Assembly (NCBI GenBank): GCA_934717805.1
Contig: CAKUZG010000001.1
Coordinates: 2,806-66,805, forward strand
Length of the DNA: 64,000 nucleotides
Reading direction: 5' to 3'
Origin: an uncultured Candidatus Saccharibacteria bacterium
GTDB lineage: Bacteria; Patescibacteriota; Saccharimonadia; Saccharimonadales; Saccharimonadaceae
Part shown: positions 36,473-47,376 of the stretch, piece after piece
How the letters are laid out: every line of letters starts with the position of its first letter
Numbering within the stretch: position 1 is the stretch's first letter
The notes under the pieces: model-generated
What the model was told of the DNA's origin: nothing
Databases searched by the model: none
The model's input: the letters and a program-made list of their open reading frames with translations, nothing else
Position numbers and translations under genes: made by a program

Positions 36473-37356
36473 TGCCAGAATTACCAGAGGTAGAGACTGT
36501 TGTTAGAGGATTGAATCGCTTAATTTTGAAAAAGAAAATTTCGAAAGTAAAACACGATTGGCCTAAAAGTTTTCCAAATTCACCAAAAGATGTTGAAGAT
36601 TTTATGGTTGGCGCTGAAATTTCGAAAGTTAGTCGTCGGGGAAAAGCTATTATTTTAAAGTTAAATAATGAATATACACTTGTGACACATCTTCGAATGA
36701 CGGGCCAAATGGTTTATCGTGGTGAAGAGAACTGGGGTGCTGGCCACCCGAATGAAGATTTTCTTAATGATCTACCGAATAAATCAACTCGTGTTGAAAT
36801 TGATTTTGAAGACGGAACGAAATTATTTTTTAATGATCAACGTAAGTTTGGTTATATGAAATTATTGCCAGATTTTGAAGTTGAACTTTTACCATTTTTT
36901 CAAAAATTAGGGCCAGAACCTCTAGAAGATAATTTTACGGTAGAAGTTTTAAAGAAGCAACTTTCAAGAAAAAGAAAAAGTATGATCAAGCCAGCAATTT
37001 TAGACCAAAGTGTTATTGCGGGTGTAGGAAATATTTATGCCGATGAAGCTTTGTGGCGAGCGAAAATTCATCCTGAAACTCGAATCGAAAATCTTTCGGA
37101 ATCTGATTTTGTAAAATTGCATGAAGCTATTCGGTTTGTAATGAATAAATCAATCGAAAAGGGTGGTTCAACAGATCGAAACTATGTTAATGCTGATGGA
37201 TCGCGCGGAAATTATCTTGAATATGCTGCAGTTTATCACAAGGACGGCCAACCTTGTAAAAGATGCGGAACGGAAATTTCAAAAATTCGAGTTGGTGGTC
37301 GAGGCACACATTTTTGCCCAAATTGTCAAAAAATAAAGAAAGGGCTTAAAAAATAA
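36472..37356 (+). CDS. mutM: formamidopyrimidine-DNA glycosylase
   Basis: MPELPEVETV N-terminus and a C-terminal CxxC...CxxC zinc finger. Confidence 0.93.
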   Translation: MPELPEVETVVRGLNRLILKKKISKVKHDWPKSFPNSPKDVEDFMVGAEISKVSRRGKAIILKLNNEYTLVTHLRMTGQMVYRGEENWGAGHPNEDFLNDLPNKSTRVEIDFEDGTKLFFNDQRKFGYMKLLPDFEVELLPFFQKLGPEPLEDNFTVEVLKKQLSRKRKSMIKPAILDQSVIAGVGNIYADEALWRAKIHPETRIENLSESDFVKLHEAIRFVMNKSIEKGGSTDRNYVNADGSRGNYLEYAAVYHKDGQPCKRCGTEISKIRVGGRGTHFCPNCQKIKKGLKK

Positions 37357-38312
37357 TGCTTGGCGGAAAAACAACAATTCTTTATGGCGAAAATTCTTAT
37401 GAACGAACCGCAAAACTCGCTCAAATGAAAAAGGATGCTGAAAAATCTGGATTTGAGATTCAAAAACAAGAAATTGATGGGCTTTCGAAAAGTGATTTTG
37501 TTAATTTAATTTGCGGAATTAGTCTTTTGGCGGAAAAGCGGTTTGTTTACATTCGAAATCTAAGTGAGAATTCTGAAATTTGGCAAAATCTAGGCGAAAT
37601 TCTTCCACGGATTTCTACTGATGTTCATTTGTGTATTATTGAAGATAAAATCGATAAACGTTCAACTGTTTATAAATCAATTTCAAAAATTGTTGAGCTT
37701 TATGAATTTAAAGCTATTGCCGCAAAAGATTCGAAGAATTTAGCTGAATTTGCGCGTGCTTTCGGCAAAAAACTCGGGTTGAAAATCGATAACAAAACGG
37801 CAAATTTCTTAATTTCGTGGGTTGGATTGAATGAATGGTCGATTCGTGATGCAATCGAAAAGTTAGCATTAATTGGCGAAGCAAACGAGCAAAATATTCG
37901 TGAATTTGTACCGCAAAATGTTGAAAGTAATGCTTTTGCGGTTTTCGAAATGGTGCTTTCGGGCGATGTTTCAGGTTTGCAAAAAGAAATTTCGAAATTA
38001 AAAATAACAGATGGAGAAGAGGGCGCTTATAAGTTTTTAGGTTTAATCTCAACGCAAGTTTTTAATTTTTCAGCTTTAAAAATTGGCAAAAGTTCAGGTA
38101 AAACAACGGCAGAAATTGCAAAAGAAATTGGCGCGAACTCTTGGGCTTTAGGAAAACTTGATAATTTTGTGCAAAATATAAGCAATCAACAACTTGCAGT
38201 AATTGTTTCGAAAATCTCGCAAATTGATGAAGTTATTAAAAGTGAAAATGTCGATGTTTGGGCGATGATTGAATCAACATTAATTGAGCTAGCAATATTT
38301 TTAAACCGTTAA
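37356..38312 (+). CDS. holA: DNA polymerase III delta subunit (HolA-like)
   Basis: Size, position and general delta-subunit pattern only. Sequence is divergent. Confidence 0.6.
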   Translation: MLGGKTTILYGENSYERTAKLAQMKKDAEKSGFEIQKQEIDGLSKSDFVNLICGISLLAEKRFVYIRNLSENSEIWQNLGEILPRISTDVHLCIIEDKIDKRSTVYKSISKIVELYEFKAIAAKDSKNLAEFARAFGKKLGLKIDNKTANFLISWVGLNEWSIRDAIEKLALIGEANEQNIREFVPQNVESNAFAVFEMVLSGDVSGLQKEISKLKITDGEEGAYKFLGLISTQVFNFSALKIGKSSGKTTAEIAKEIGANSWALGKLDNFVQNISNQQLAVIVSKISQIDEVIKSENVDVWAMIESTLIELAIFLNR

Positions 38313-38361
38313 AAAATAAGTTTTCGAAAAAAATATTTTTGTGATATAATATAAAAAGATT

Positions 38362-40617
38362 ATGGCTAAAAAACAAGTGAAAAAAAGCAAAGCTAAAAAA
38401 GCCCCGGCCCCAAAACAAAGTGTTTTACCGGCTGGATTTTGGTCGCAAGTTAGTGCGGTCCTTTTGATTGCGTTTTCATTTTTCTTAATTTTGAGCTGGT
38501 TTGGTGCTGGCGGTGCGGCGCTTACAGCAATTCACCAAGGATTTCTTGGATTTATGGGCTGGGCTGCATTTTTTGTGCCGGCAGTTTTAATCTTTATTTC
38601 GGTTGAAATTTTTCGTGACGAACAAAACCGTTTTCCAGGTTTAAACACTTTTGGTCTTGTGCTTATTTTATTCTGGCTTAGCGGTTTCTTTGGGTTATTT
38701 AGAACTTCTGCTGGAATGCATTACGGCGGTTGGAGTGGTGAAATTTCGAATAAAATTATGCTAGCAATGGTGAATTCTGTTGTTGCCGCAATTATTTATT
38801 TGCTCTTGATTTCAATCACGCTGCTTTCGATTTTGCGAGTTTCGCCAATAGTTGTGATTAAGAAAATTAGTGAGATGCTTAAGACTAGCGATTTTGCTAA
38901 TGAATCTAAGAACGCTAAAGTCTTCGAAAAAGCCAAAGAAGCAATGCTTTCGAAAAAGGCTGAAGATTTGAATAATACTGAAAAGCCGGAAATTAAACTA
39001 AACGCGGGTGTTGCGGTTTTGGATAAAAAATCACGCGAAAAGGCTGAACATAAAGAGAAAAAGGGTTTGATGCGAATTTCAAAAGCCAAAGAAACTTTCG
39101 CTGAAGATTTGAAAAAAGCTGAAAACCACGCGCCAATTTTTGATGATTCGAAATGGCAAGCGCCAGGTTTCGATTTACTTGAGCGTTCACAAAATCCAGC
39201 TGATGCCGGTGATGTTGAACAAAATGCACGAACAATTAAAGATACGCTTAGTGAATTTAATATTGATGTTGAAATGGAAGCCGCAAATATTGGTCCACGA
39301 GTAACACAATATACTTTAGTTCCGCAAAGTGGCGTAAAGCTAAGCAGAATTGAAAACCTTAGCGATAATATTGCGCTAAATTTGGCTGCAGAATCAATTC
39401 GTGTTGAAGCACCAATCCCAGGAAAACGAGCAGTTGGTGTGGAAATTCCAAATTTAAAATCTGCTGATGTTCGACTTTATGGAGTTTTAGACTCTAAAGA
39501 ATGGCAGACTGCTCGTGATACGCTAACTTTTGCAATTGGTAAAGATATCGCTGGCCATCCAGTTGTGGGTAATCTTTCGAAAATGCCGCATCTTTTGATT
39601 GCTGGTCAAACAGGTTCTGGTAAGTCGGTTATGATGAATGCGCTACTTACAAGCTTACTTTATCGACATTCACCAAGCGAATTAAAACTAATTATGGTTG
39701 ATCCAAAAGTTGTGGAAATGACAGCTTACGAAGATATTCCACACCTGTTAACACCAATTATTAATGATTCTGAAAAAGCGCTTTCAGCTCTTAAGTGGGC
39801 GGTGAACGAAATGGAGCGTCGTTATCGTGTTTTAGCTGATGAAAAAATTAAAGAAATCAAAAGCTATAACAAACATGTGATTTCGAAAAATGAGAAGATT
39901 AAAAAATCAACACCAGAGGATGAAGAGCCTAAATTACTTGAGCCACTACCTTATATCGTAATTGTTGTTGACGAGCTCGCCGATTTGATGATGGCAGCAT
40001 CAAAGGATGTCGAGGCTATGATTGTGCGAATTGCACAGAAGGCTCGTGCTGTGGGAATTCACCTTGTTTTGGCAACTCAAAAGCCGGTTGTTAGTGTTGT
40101 AACTGGTTTAATTAAAGGTAATGTTCCTAGTCGAATTGCATTTAAGGTTGCATCAAATGGTGATTCTCGCACAATTCTTGATCGTGGTGGCGCTGAAAAA
40201 CTTCTTGGAAACGGGGATATGTTATTCTATATGAACGGTGCACCAAACTTAAAGCGTGTTCAGGGTGCTTGGGTTACAGATGAAGAAGTATTGCGTGTTA
40301 CAAACTTTATTCGTTCGCAAGGACCGCCTCAATATAATGATGAGGTTATCTCGCAACAAGTTCAACCTGGAGCAATGGGCGGAATAGTGATGAGCGGTGG
40401 AAGTTCTTCTACGGATGAAACTTTTGAAACAGCTGTTAAACTCGTCATTGAAGCAAGAAAGGCTTCAACGAGCTATTTGCAACGACGTCTTGGAATTGGA
40501 TATGGTCGCGCTGCAAAATTAATTGATGAAATGGAAGATCGTGGAATTGTTGGTCCGCCAAATGGCTCAAAGCCACGCCAAGTACTTGTTTCTAGTTATG
40601 AAGAAATCGGTGAATAA
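38362..40617 (+). CDS. ftsK: DNA translocase FtsK
   Basis: N-terminal TM helices, motor domain Walker A GQTGSGKS, Walker B VVDELADLM, C-terminal gamma winged helix (YLQRRLGIGYGRAAKLID). Confidence 0.95.
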   Translation: MAKKQVKKSKAKKAPAPKQSVLPAGFWSQVSAVLLIAFSFFLILSWFGAGGAALTAIHQGFLGFMGWAAFFVPAVLIFISVEIFRDEQNRFPGLNTFGLVLILFWLSGFFGLFRTSAGMHYGGWSGEISNKIMLAMVNSVVAAIIYLLLISITLLSILRVSPIVVIKKISEMLKTSDFANESKNAKVFEKAKEAMLSKKAEDLNNTEKPEIKLNAGVAVLDKKSREKAEHKEKKGLMRISKAKETFAEDLKKAENHAPIFDDSKWQAPGFDLLERSQNPADAGDVEQNARTIKDTLSEFNIDVEMEAANIGPRVTQYTLVPQSGVKLSRIENLSDNIALNLAAESIRVEAPIPGKRAVGVEIPNLKSADVRLYGVLDSKEWQTARDTLTFAIGKDIAGHPVVGNLSKMPHLLIAGQTGSGKSVMMNALLTSLLYRHSPSELKLIMVDPKVVEMTAYEDIPHLLTPIINDSEKALSALKWAVNEMERRYRVLADEKIKEIKSYNKHVISKNEKIKKSTPEDEEPKLLEPLPYIVIVVDELADLMMAASKDVEAMIVRIAQKARAVGIHLVLATQKPVVSVVTGLIKGNVPSRIAFKVASNGDSRTILDRGGAEKLLGNGDMLFYMNGAPNLKRVQGAWVTDEEVLRVTNFIRSQGPPQYNDEVISQQVQPGAMGGIVMSGGSSSTDETFETAVKLVIEARKASTSYLQRRLGIGYGRAAKLIDEMEDRGIVGPPNGSKPRQVLVSSYEEIGE

Positions 40618-40767
40618 TTCGCCGATTTTTTTATTTTCGAAAGATATGTTTTTAAAAAATGATAGTTTATCAATGTTTTCTTGATTTTTCTCTTTTAAAA
40701 TGATATAATTTAAAAGAATATTAGCTCAGCTTATTTGAAAGAATAGGCTTTAACCAAAGGAGTAAAA

Positions 40768-41079
40768 ATGAAGGATTACGAACTTACAGTTCTTATTCAT
40801 CCAGATTTCGAAAGCGATCTTGATAAGGTTCTAGATAAAATTCGAGGTTTGGTTGCTGCTAATGGCGGTGAAATTACGAAAGAAGACAACTGGGGTAAGA
40901 AAAAACTTGCTTACACAATTAAAGGTCAAGATTTTGCAACTTACGTTGCTATGGATCTAAAACTTCCAGCAACTGCACCACTAAAAATTAGTAACACTTT
41001 GAATATTACTGACGAAGTTTTGCGATATTTGCTTGTTAAAGCAGAAGAGCGACCAGTTGTAGAATCAGAAGAAAAATAA
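40768..41079 (+). CDS. rpsF: 30S ribosomal protein S6
   Basis: YELTVLIHPD start. rpsF-ssb-rpsR synteny. Confidence 0.92.
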   Translation: MKDYELTVLIHPDFESDLDKVLDKIRGLVAANGGEITKEDNWGKKKLAYTIKGQDFATYVAMDLKLPATAPLKISNTLNITDEVLRYLLVKAEERPVVESEEK

Positions 41080-41102
41080 TTTTTTAAGAATAGGATAGAA
41101 TT

Positions 41103-41534
41103 ATGGCTTTTAATAAAGTAATACTAATGGGAAATCTAACTGCAGACCCAGAACTTCGAACAACTCCAAGTGGCCAAAACCTAGCAAGTTTCACTCTTGC
41201 AATTAACCGAACTTGGAATAATGCTAACGGTGAACGCCAAGAAGAAACAAGTTTTATTAACTGTACTGCTTGGGGAAAAACTGGTGAAACAATTTCGAAA
41301 TATGTTTCGAAAGGTCGCCAATTGCTAGTGAGTGGTCGTTTGCAACAACGAACTTGGCAAGATAAAGATACTGGAAAGAATCGAAGCGCAATTGATGTTG
41401 TAGTTGAAGAATTCAGTTTTGTTAGTGATGGCAATCGTGGCGGAAATTCCGCTCCTGTTGCTAAAGCTGAAGAACCAACTGTTAGCGATGACTTTTCAGA
41501 TGAGCCAATCGATCTATCTGATATTCCATTCTAA
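41103..41534 (+). CDS. ssb: single-stranded DNA-binding protein
   Basis: OB-fold NKVILMGNLTADPELR and an acidic C-terminal tip DLSDIPF. Confidence 0.95.
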   Translation: MAFNKVILMGNLTADPELRTTPSGQNLASFTLAINRTWNNANGERQEETSFINCTAWGKTGETISKYVSKGRQLLVSGRLQQRTWQDKDTGKNRSAIDVVVEEFSFVSDGNRGGNSAPVAKAEEPTVSDDFSDEPIDLSDIPF

Positions 41535-41552
41535 ATTTAAAAAGGAGTTAAA

Positions 41553-41753
41553 ATGGCTAAACGATTTAAACGAGAAATCCCAGCGTATTTTGATTACCGA
41601 GATGTTAAAACTTTGCAAAAATTTGTAAACATCTATGGTCAAATTGAGCCAGCTACAAAAACTGGTTTGAGCGCTAAACAACAACGACAATTGACAGTTG
41701 CTATCAAACGCGCACGTCATTTGGCATTGTTGGCATTCGTAACAAATGCTTAA
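41553..41753 (+). CDS. rpsR: 30S ribosomal protein S18
   Basis: [12 protein letters not shown]...[14 protein letters not shown]. Confidence 0.93.
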   Translation: MAKRFKREIPAYFDYRDVKTLQKFVNIYGQIEPATKTGLSAKQQRQLTVAIKRARHLALLAFVTNA

Positions 41754-41826
41754 TTAATTTTTCGAATCTTCCTCGCTTAAAACTGGGTGGGGAAGATTTA
41801 TTTTAAAGAATATTTTAAGGAGGAAA

Positions 41827-42387
41827 ATGTATCAACCAACTGATTTGAAAAAAGGTGTAGTTTTTCAGCTTGATGGTCAACCATATCGGGTAGTTGAATA
41901 TAACCAAAAAGTTGTAGGTCGTGGTGGAAGTATCGTAAGCTTAAAAATTAAAAACCTTATCACAGGTGCTTTGTTGCCTAAAACTTTTAAGGGTCAAGAT
42001 AAAGTTGAGCCTGCAGAAGTTACAAACAAGAAAGTTCAATATCTTTATAATGATGGTGAAGATTTCCATTTTATGGATCCGGAAACATTTGAACAATTTC
42101 AACTCTCAAAAGATATTATTGATGATGCTGCAGGTTATCTAAAAGAGGCAGAAGAATTAAATCTTCAATTCTTTGATGGGAAAGTTATCAATGTTGAATT
42201 ACCTAAAAATGTTTGGCTTAAAGTTGTTTATACCGAGAATGTAGTGAAGGGAGATACAACTTCAAGCGTCCTAAAAGATGCTGAACTCGAGACTGGTATA
42301 ACGGTTAAAGTTCCTGCATTTATTAAAGAAAATGATGTTATTTCAGTTGATACTTCGACTGGTGAATATCGAGAACGACAAAAATAA
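41827..42387 (+). CDS. efp: elongation factor P
   Basis: DLKKGVVFQLDGQPYRVVEY and KPGKG-region equivalent. 186 aa. Confidence 0.93.
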   Translation: MYQPTDLKKGVVFQLDGQPYRVVEYNQKVVGRGGSIVSLKIKNLITGALLPKTFKGQDKVEPAEVTNKKVQYLYNDGEDFHFMDPETFEQFQLSKDIIDDAAGYLKEAEELNLQFFDGKVINVELPKNVWLKVVYTENVVKGDTTSSVLKDAELETGITVKVPAFIKENDVISVDTSTGEYRERQK

Positions 42388-42498
42388 TTAGGTTAATATA
42401 AAATAGGCTCAAATTTTAGCCTATTTTATTTTGTATAAAAATATTGAACAGTACAGGGTTGCTGGAAAATATCTTAAAAATATAGTATAATATAAGAT

Positions 42499-43221
42499 AT
42501 GAAAATCAGATTAGACAATCTATTAGTAGACAGAAAAATGGTTGAGAGTCGCTCTCAAGCTGAAAGTTACATAAAGCTTGGTAAGATTACAGTTGACGGT
42601 ATTAAGAGGACTAAACCAGGTTTTTTTGTTGATGTCGATTCTGAATTAAAAATCCTTCAACAAGTTCAATATGTATCGCGAGCGGGGCTAAAACTAGAAA
42701 GTGTAGCTAAAAAAATGCGAATCAATTTTCGTGACAAAACGGTTCTAGATGTTGGCTCAAGTACAGGAGGGTTTACAGATTATTCTTTAAAAAATGGTGC
42801 TAAAAAAGTTATTGCTGTTGATGTTGGTACGGAGCAGCTACACCCAAAGTTAAGGTTGAATAAAAAAGTTGAACTACATGAGAAAACGGATATTCGAGAT
42901 TTTAAAACAGATCAGAAAATTGATGTAGTGGTTATTGATGTTAGTTTTATATCTATAAAGGAAATTCTTCCAAGTGTCGTAAATCTTTCTAATAAGAATA
43001 CGAAAATAGTAGCCATGGTTAAACCACAGTTTGAAGCGGGAAGGAACGGGACTGTTAATGGTGTTGTAAAAAATAACTCTTACCGTAGAAAAATCCTTCA
43101 AGATTTTGAAAATTGGTGCCGTTCAAATAATTTATACATAGAGAACAAAAGAGATAGCGAAGTTAAAGGAACAAAAGGTAATCAAGAAAGATTTTATATT
43201 TTAAAAAAGACTAGTGAATAA
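42499..43221 (+). CDS. tlyA: TlyA-family rRNA 2'-O-methyltransferase (S4 domain plus FtsJ-like)
   Basis: RLDNLLVDRKMVESRSQAESYIKLGKI (S4) and DVGSSTGGFTD (SAM motif I). Confidence 0.9.
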   Translation: MKIRLDNLLVDRKMVESRSQAESYIKLGKITVDGIKRTKPGFFVDVDSELKILQQVQYVSRAGLKLESVAKKMRINFRDKTVLDVGSSTGGFTDYSLKNGAKKVIAVDVGTEQLHPKLRLNKKVELHEKTDIRDFKTDQKIDVVVIDVSFISIKEILPSVVNLSNKNTKIVAMVKPQFEAGRNGTVNGVVKNNSYRRKILQDFENWCRSNNLYIENKRDSEVKGTKGNQERFYILKKTSE

Positions 43222-43249
43222 AAAGACCGAATTCATCGGTCTTTAGTTT

Positions 43250-44326
43250 TTATACATTGAATCTAAATTCAACAACATCATTTGGGGACATCACATAATC
43301 CTTACCTTCAGTTCGGATTTTACCATGGTTTTTAGCTTCTAGTTCACTACCGCATTCCACTAAATCGTTGTAATTTATAACTTGCGCAGCGATAAATCCT
43401 CTTTCGAAATCAGTGTGAATTACGCCAGCAGCCTGTGGGGCAGTCCAGCCTTTTTTAATGGTCCAAGCATGTACCTCTTTTGGTCCAGCGGTCATGTAGC
43501 TTTGTAATCCTAAGGTGTCGTAAGCAGCATGAATCATTTGGTTGAGCCCTGTTTCTTTTACGCCATAACTTTCGAGTAAATCTTTTGCATCGCTTTCATC
43601 TAATCCTTTTAGCTCTTCTTCAAGTTTTGCGCAAACAAAGATAGATTTTGCTGGTAGAACCATTTTTGCAAGTTCATCTTTCTTTTTATCATCAGTTAAT
43701 GTATTTTCGTCAACATTGAAAGCGTAGATTACAGGTTTAGCTGTTAACAAATGCAAATCAGCAATAGCCTCTAAATCTAAATCTTTTATGCTAGATAATA
43801 AATTTCCAGATTGGAGTTGTTCAAGTAATTTGTTCAAGTAATCGGCTTGTTTCCTGAGGGCTGGCTTGGCTTTTGCTTCTTTTTGAAGTTTTGGTAACCG
43901 ATTTTCAATGGTTTGAATATCAGCCAGAATTAGTTCAGTATTAATAACTTCAATATCATTTTTTGGATTAACCTCATTTGAAACATGAACAATATCATTA
44001 TTCACGAAAGCTCGAACAATGTGAACAATTGCATCACATTGGCGAATATTTGCAAGAAATTTATTTCCCAAACCTTCACCTTTCGAAGCCCCTGCAACTA
44101 ATCCAGCAATATCAACAAAAGTTACCGTTGCTGGAATAATTTTTTGTGAGCCATAAATTTCAGCTAATTTTTTTAGTCGCTCATCTGGTACTGGTACAAT
44201 TCCCGTATTCGGCTCAATTGTCGCAAAAGGGTAGTTTGCGGCTAAAATATCGTTGTTTGTTAATGCGTTAAAAAGTGTTGATTTGCCAACATTCGGCAAT
44301 CCAACAATTCCAATACTTAAACTCAT
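43250..44326 (-). CDS. ychF: ribosome-binding ATPase YchF
   Basis: [19 protein letters not shown]-loop and a C-terminal TGS-like domain. Confidence 0.95.
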   Translation of the reverse strand: MSLSIGIVGLPNVGKSTLFNALTNNDILAANYPFATIEPNTGIVPVPDERLKKLAEIYGSQKIIPATVTFVDIAGLVAGASKGEGLGNKFLANIRQCDAIVHIVRAFVNNDIVHVSNEVNPKNDIEVINTELILADIQTIENRLPKLQKEAKAKPALRKQADYLNKLLEQLQSGNLLSSIKDLDLEAIADLHLLTAKPVIYAFNVDENTLTDDKKKDELAKMVLPAKSIFVCAKLEEELKGLDESDAKDLLESYGVKETGLNQMIHAAYDTLGLQSYMTAGPKEVHAWTIKKGWTAPQAAGVIHTDFERGFIAAQVINYNDLVECGSELEAKNHGKIRTEGKDYVMSPNDVVEFRFNV

Positions 44327-44468
44327 ATTTCTCCTTACTTAATAAAAATTCTTATAATTATTATATCATATTTTTAACCTTAACTTACAATTTTATAAAC
44401 AGAATTTATTTTGAAGAAGATAATTAAAAGTCTTGATTTTTTGATTATGTTTATGTTAAAATGTAAGC

Positions 44469-45518
44469 ATGATTAATATTAAAGGTGTGGGCGATTTCTT
44501 CTCGTTAGATATTGGAACGAACGCGATTCGTGCCGTCCAGCTTTCGAAAGCTGGAGAAAATTCTTGGAATTTAATTGGTCTTGGATATACTCCAGTTGAC
44601 CCTCAATTAGTTTTGAGTAATTCTGATGAAAGTCGTCGTCGTTTGGGAGAAATTATCTCAACGATGATCGGTCAGAGCGATATTAAAACGAAAAATGTAG
44701 CGATTAGTCTTCCGTCCCAAAAGACATTCACAACAATTTTCGAAGTTCCTAAACAAGATATTAGGGAATTGCAAAAAAACGTTAGTTATCAAATCGATCA
44801 GTATATTCCAATGGCTATCGATGACGCTCAGGTCGACTGGGCTCTTCTTGGAGATTCTCTTTCGAATCCAGATTCATTAGAGATTCTACTTGCAAGCACT
44901 TCTAAAAATTTCAGCGAAGAAAAAATGGAATTTGTTGAAGGTTTAGGATTAAATGTTGTTGCAAGCGAACCTGATTCACTAGCAATGACTCGAGCGCTTT
45001 ATTCTGGTAATCAAAATGGTCAGGCGCAATTGATCATTGATATGGGTGAAATTTCAACCGATCTATCAATTGTATACCAAGGCGCACCAAGGCTTGTTCG
45101 AACAATTCCAACAGGAATTTCAAGCTTAGTTAAATCTGCAACACAAAACTTAAATATCAAAGAAGATCAAGCGCGACAATTCATTATGAAGTTTGGTCTT
45201 GCTCAAGATAAACTTGAAGGTCAGGTTTTTCATGCTATTGAAATTACACTTGAAAACTTCGTCCAAGAAATTGCTAAGTCGATTAAATTCTTGGGAACAA
45301 AATATCAAAATGTTCAAGTTGGATCAATTGCACTTTCAGGTTATTCTGGAATTGTACCGCAAATGCCTGAATATGTTTCTTCAAAGACAGGAATTCAGTC
45401 ATACTCAGCAAATCCATTCCAAAATATAAATGTCCCAGCAAAATATCAACAACAAGTTGCAAGTGTTGGTAATGAATTTGCCGTAGCGATTGGTTTGGCA
45501 GAAAGGAACAATAAATAA
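44469..45518 (+). CDS. pilM: type IV pilus assembly protein PilM
   Basis: Actin-like ATPase fold pattern (LDIGTNAIRAVQL) and position at the head of the pil operon. Confidence 0.88.
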   Translation: MINIKGVGDFFSLDIGTNAIRAVQLSKAGENSWNLIGLGYTPVDPQLVLSNSDESRRRLGEIISTMIGQSDIKTKNVAISLPSQKTFTTIFEVPKQDIRELQKNVSYQIDQYIPMAIDDAQVDWALLGDSLSNPDSLEILLASTSKNFSEEKMEFVEGLGLNVVASEPDSLAMTRALYSGNQNGQAQLIIDMGEISTDLSIVYQGAPRLVRTIPTGISSLVKSATQNLNIKEDQARQFIMKFGLAQDKLEGQVFHAIEITLENFVQEIAKSIKFLGTKYQNVQVGSIALSGYSGIVPQMPEYVSSKTGIQSYSANPFQNINVPAKYQQQVASVGNEFAVAIGLAERNNK

Positions 45519-45519
45519 T

Positions 45520-46287
45520 ATGGTTGAAATTAATCTTTTGCCAGATGTTAAGCGCGATCTTCTTAAAGCGCAACGCCTTCGAAATATTGTTACTTTCGCA
45601 TCAATTATTATTGGTGCTGCAATGCTTGGTGGTGTAGTTTTGCTATTTTTAGTAACGCAAGGTCAACAAATTTTTATGGGCTTGAAAAAAGATGAAATTT
45701 CAAGCAAGTTTAGCGATATGCAAAAAATTCAAGATGGTGAAACTGCAGCAACGCTTCGAAATCAGCTTAATGCTATTCAAAAAATCCGTGAGGCATCTCC
45801 AAATGTTTCACGATTGCTTAGCACAGTTATTCCGGCGATTAAAACTACCGGCGAGAATGAAGTTAAGTTTTCATCAGTAAATTACGACCCAGGAACACGG
45901 ACGGTTTCAGTTGAAGGTGAAACAAGTAATGGATTTACTGCTCTTGAAGCTTTCATTAAGACAATTAAATATTCTCAAGTAATCTATAATGGTGGTGATT
46001 CAAAATGTAAATCATCAGATATCGAAGATAATGCTGATATCTGTAAGCTTGCAGAAGAAGGTTCTGTCGTGCGAACTGAAAGCTCAATCGGCGTAAATGA
46101 CCAAGGTCAAAATATCCTACGCTTTGCTGTAAAATTTAAGATTAACGAAGACGCTCTAAAATTCTCATCAAAAGATTTTGCAATCAAATCTCTTGGAAAG
46201 AAGAATGTTACAGACTCAACAGTTCAAATTCCTGCTGGAATCTTTACACAAAGCTCAAAGAAAGACTCTGAAAAGGAGAATAAATAA
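45520..46287 (+). CDS. pilN: PilN-like pilus assembly protein
   Basis: INLLPD start followed by a TM helix. The start ATG comes 1 nt after the pilM stop. Confidence 0.75.
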   Translation: MVEINLLPDVKRDLLKAQRLRNIVTFASIIIGAAMLGGVVLLFLVTQGQQIFMGLKKDEISSKFSDMQKIQDGETAATLRNQLNAIQKIREASPNVSRLLSTVIPAIKTTGENEVKFSSVNYDPGTRTVSVEGETSNGFTALEAFIKTIKYSQVIYNGGDSKCKSSDIEDNADICKLAEEGSVVRTESSIGVNDQGQNILRFAVKFKINEDALKFSSKDFAIKSLGKKNVTDSTVQIPAGIFTQSSKKDSEKENK

Positions 46288-47126
46288 TGGGTGAAAATAA
46301 AGAAGTAGCTTTTTTGAAACGAAACGCTATCAATAAAGCGAATCAAACAATGTTTTTGGCTGTTGCTGGTGCAGCATTAATTGCTGGTGCTTCAGTAGTT
46401 GGAATGGTTTATCTTTTCAGAATTTATAGCTTTAACACTAAAGTTTTGACTGAACAAGATAAAAGTATTTCAACAATTGTACAAAATATTGAAAATATTA
46501 ATGATCTAAAGAAACGACTAGGATCTTTGGAGACTAACGAAAACCTAAATAAACAAAATTTGAAATCAAATGCTGATGATGGTGGTTTACGTGTTATTGC
46601 TGACGCGCTTCCAGATAGCGAAAATGCATCAGGACTTGGTTCGGCTTTACAGAAGAAGATTTTTTCTGACGGTATAATGCTTGATTCATTTAATATTGAA
46701 TCTTCAGATTCGAATAGCTTAAGTTCATCAAGTTCAGTATCGACAAGTTCTTCTAGTGAGAGTAGTAGCATTCCAGATGGTGTAAAAGATATTCAATTTA
46801 CGGCATCAATCTCTTCATCTTTCCCAAATGAAGGATCACCAGAGGATATTAAAAACCGAGAAACTGCAGCTTATAACAATATCGTTAATACTCTTCAGAA
46901 GATGGAAAAATCCATCCGTGCTATTAACGTCACAAGCTTTAAATTCGAACGATCGATAAATAAATTTACGTTAACGCTTGGTGCTAAAGCTTATTACTAT
47001 CCTAAATATGTAATGACGCTTGACAGTAATAAAGTTAAAGCTGATGATGCTGCGAACCCAGCTACAACTACAAGTGGAACTGGCACGCAGACTAATTCAA
47101 CAACAACATCTGGAGGATCAAAATAA
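46287..47126 (+). CDS. PilO-like pilus assembly protein with a Ser-rich segment
   Basis: Single TM, coiled coil, position after pilN, ATGA coupling. Confidence 0.55.
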   Translation: MGENKEVAFLKRNAINKANQTMFLAVAGAALIAGASVVGMVYLFRIYSFNTKVLTEQDKSISTIVQNIENINDLKKRLGSLETNENLNKQNLKSNADDGGLRVIADALPDSENASGLGSALQKKIFSDGIMLDSFNIESSDSNSLSSSSSVSTSSSSESSSIPDGVKDIQFTASISSSFPNEGSPEDIKNRETAAYNNIVNTLQKMEKSIRAINVTSFKFERSINKFTLTLGAKAYYYPKYVMTLDSNKVKADDAANPATTTSGTGTQTNSTTTSGGSK

Positions 47127-47344
47127 TGAAGAAAACTGATATCGCAATGATTGTTTTGATTGCCGGCATTAGCGTTCTTGTGTCATATCTTGTGATTAAC
47201 TCGATTGCACAAGGTGGTTTTAGTGAACAAAGCTACGAAGTTAAAACAACCAAACCAATTTCTAAGGAATATGTTGAACCAAGCAACGAAATCTTTAATG
47301 GTGACGCTGTTAATCCAACAGTTCAGGTTAATATTGGCCAATAA
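47126..47344 (+). CDS. small single-pass membrane protein of the pil operon
   Basis: 72 aa with an N-terminal TM helix. Coupled start. Confidence 0.5.
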   Translation: MKKTDIAMIVLIAGISVLVSYLVINSIAQGGFSEQSYEVKTTKPISKEYVEPSNEIFNGDAVNPTVQVNIGQ

Positions 47345-47376
47345 TAAGAAAACAATAATTTTTTAGAAGGAATATA

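Noticed and set aside
40727-40746. GCTTATTT-GAAA-GAATAGGC hairpin in the rpsF leader, possibly an S6:S18 autoregulatory motif.
   Set aside because: A single GNRA hairpin is plausible, but I cannot recall the motif consensus well enough to support the call.
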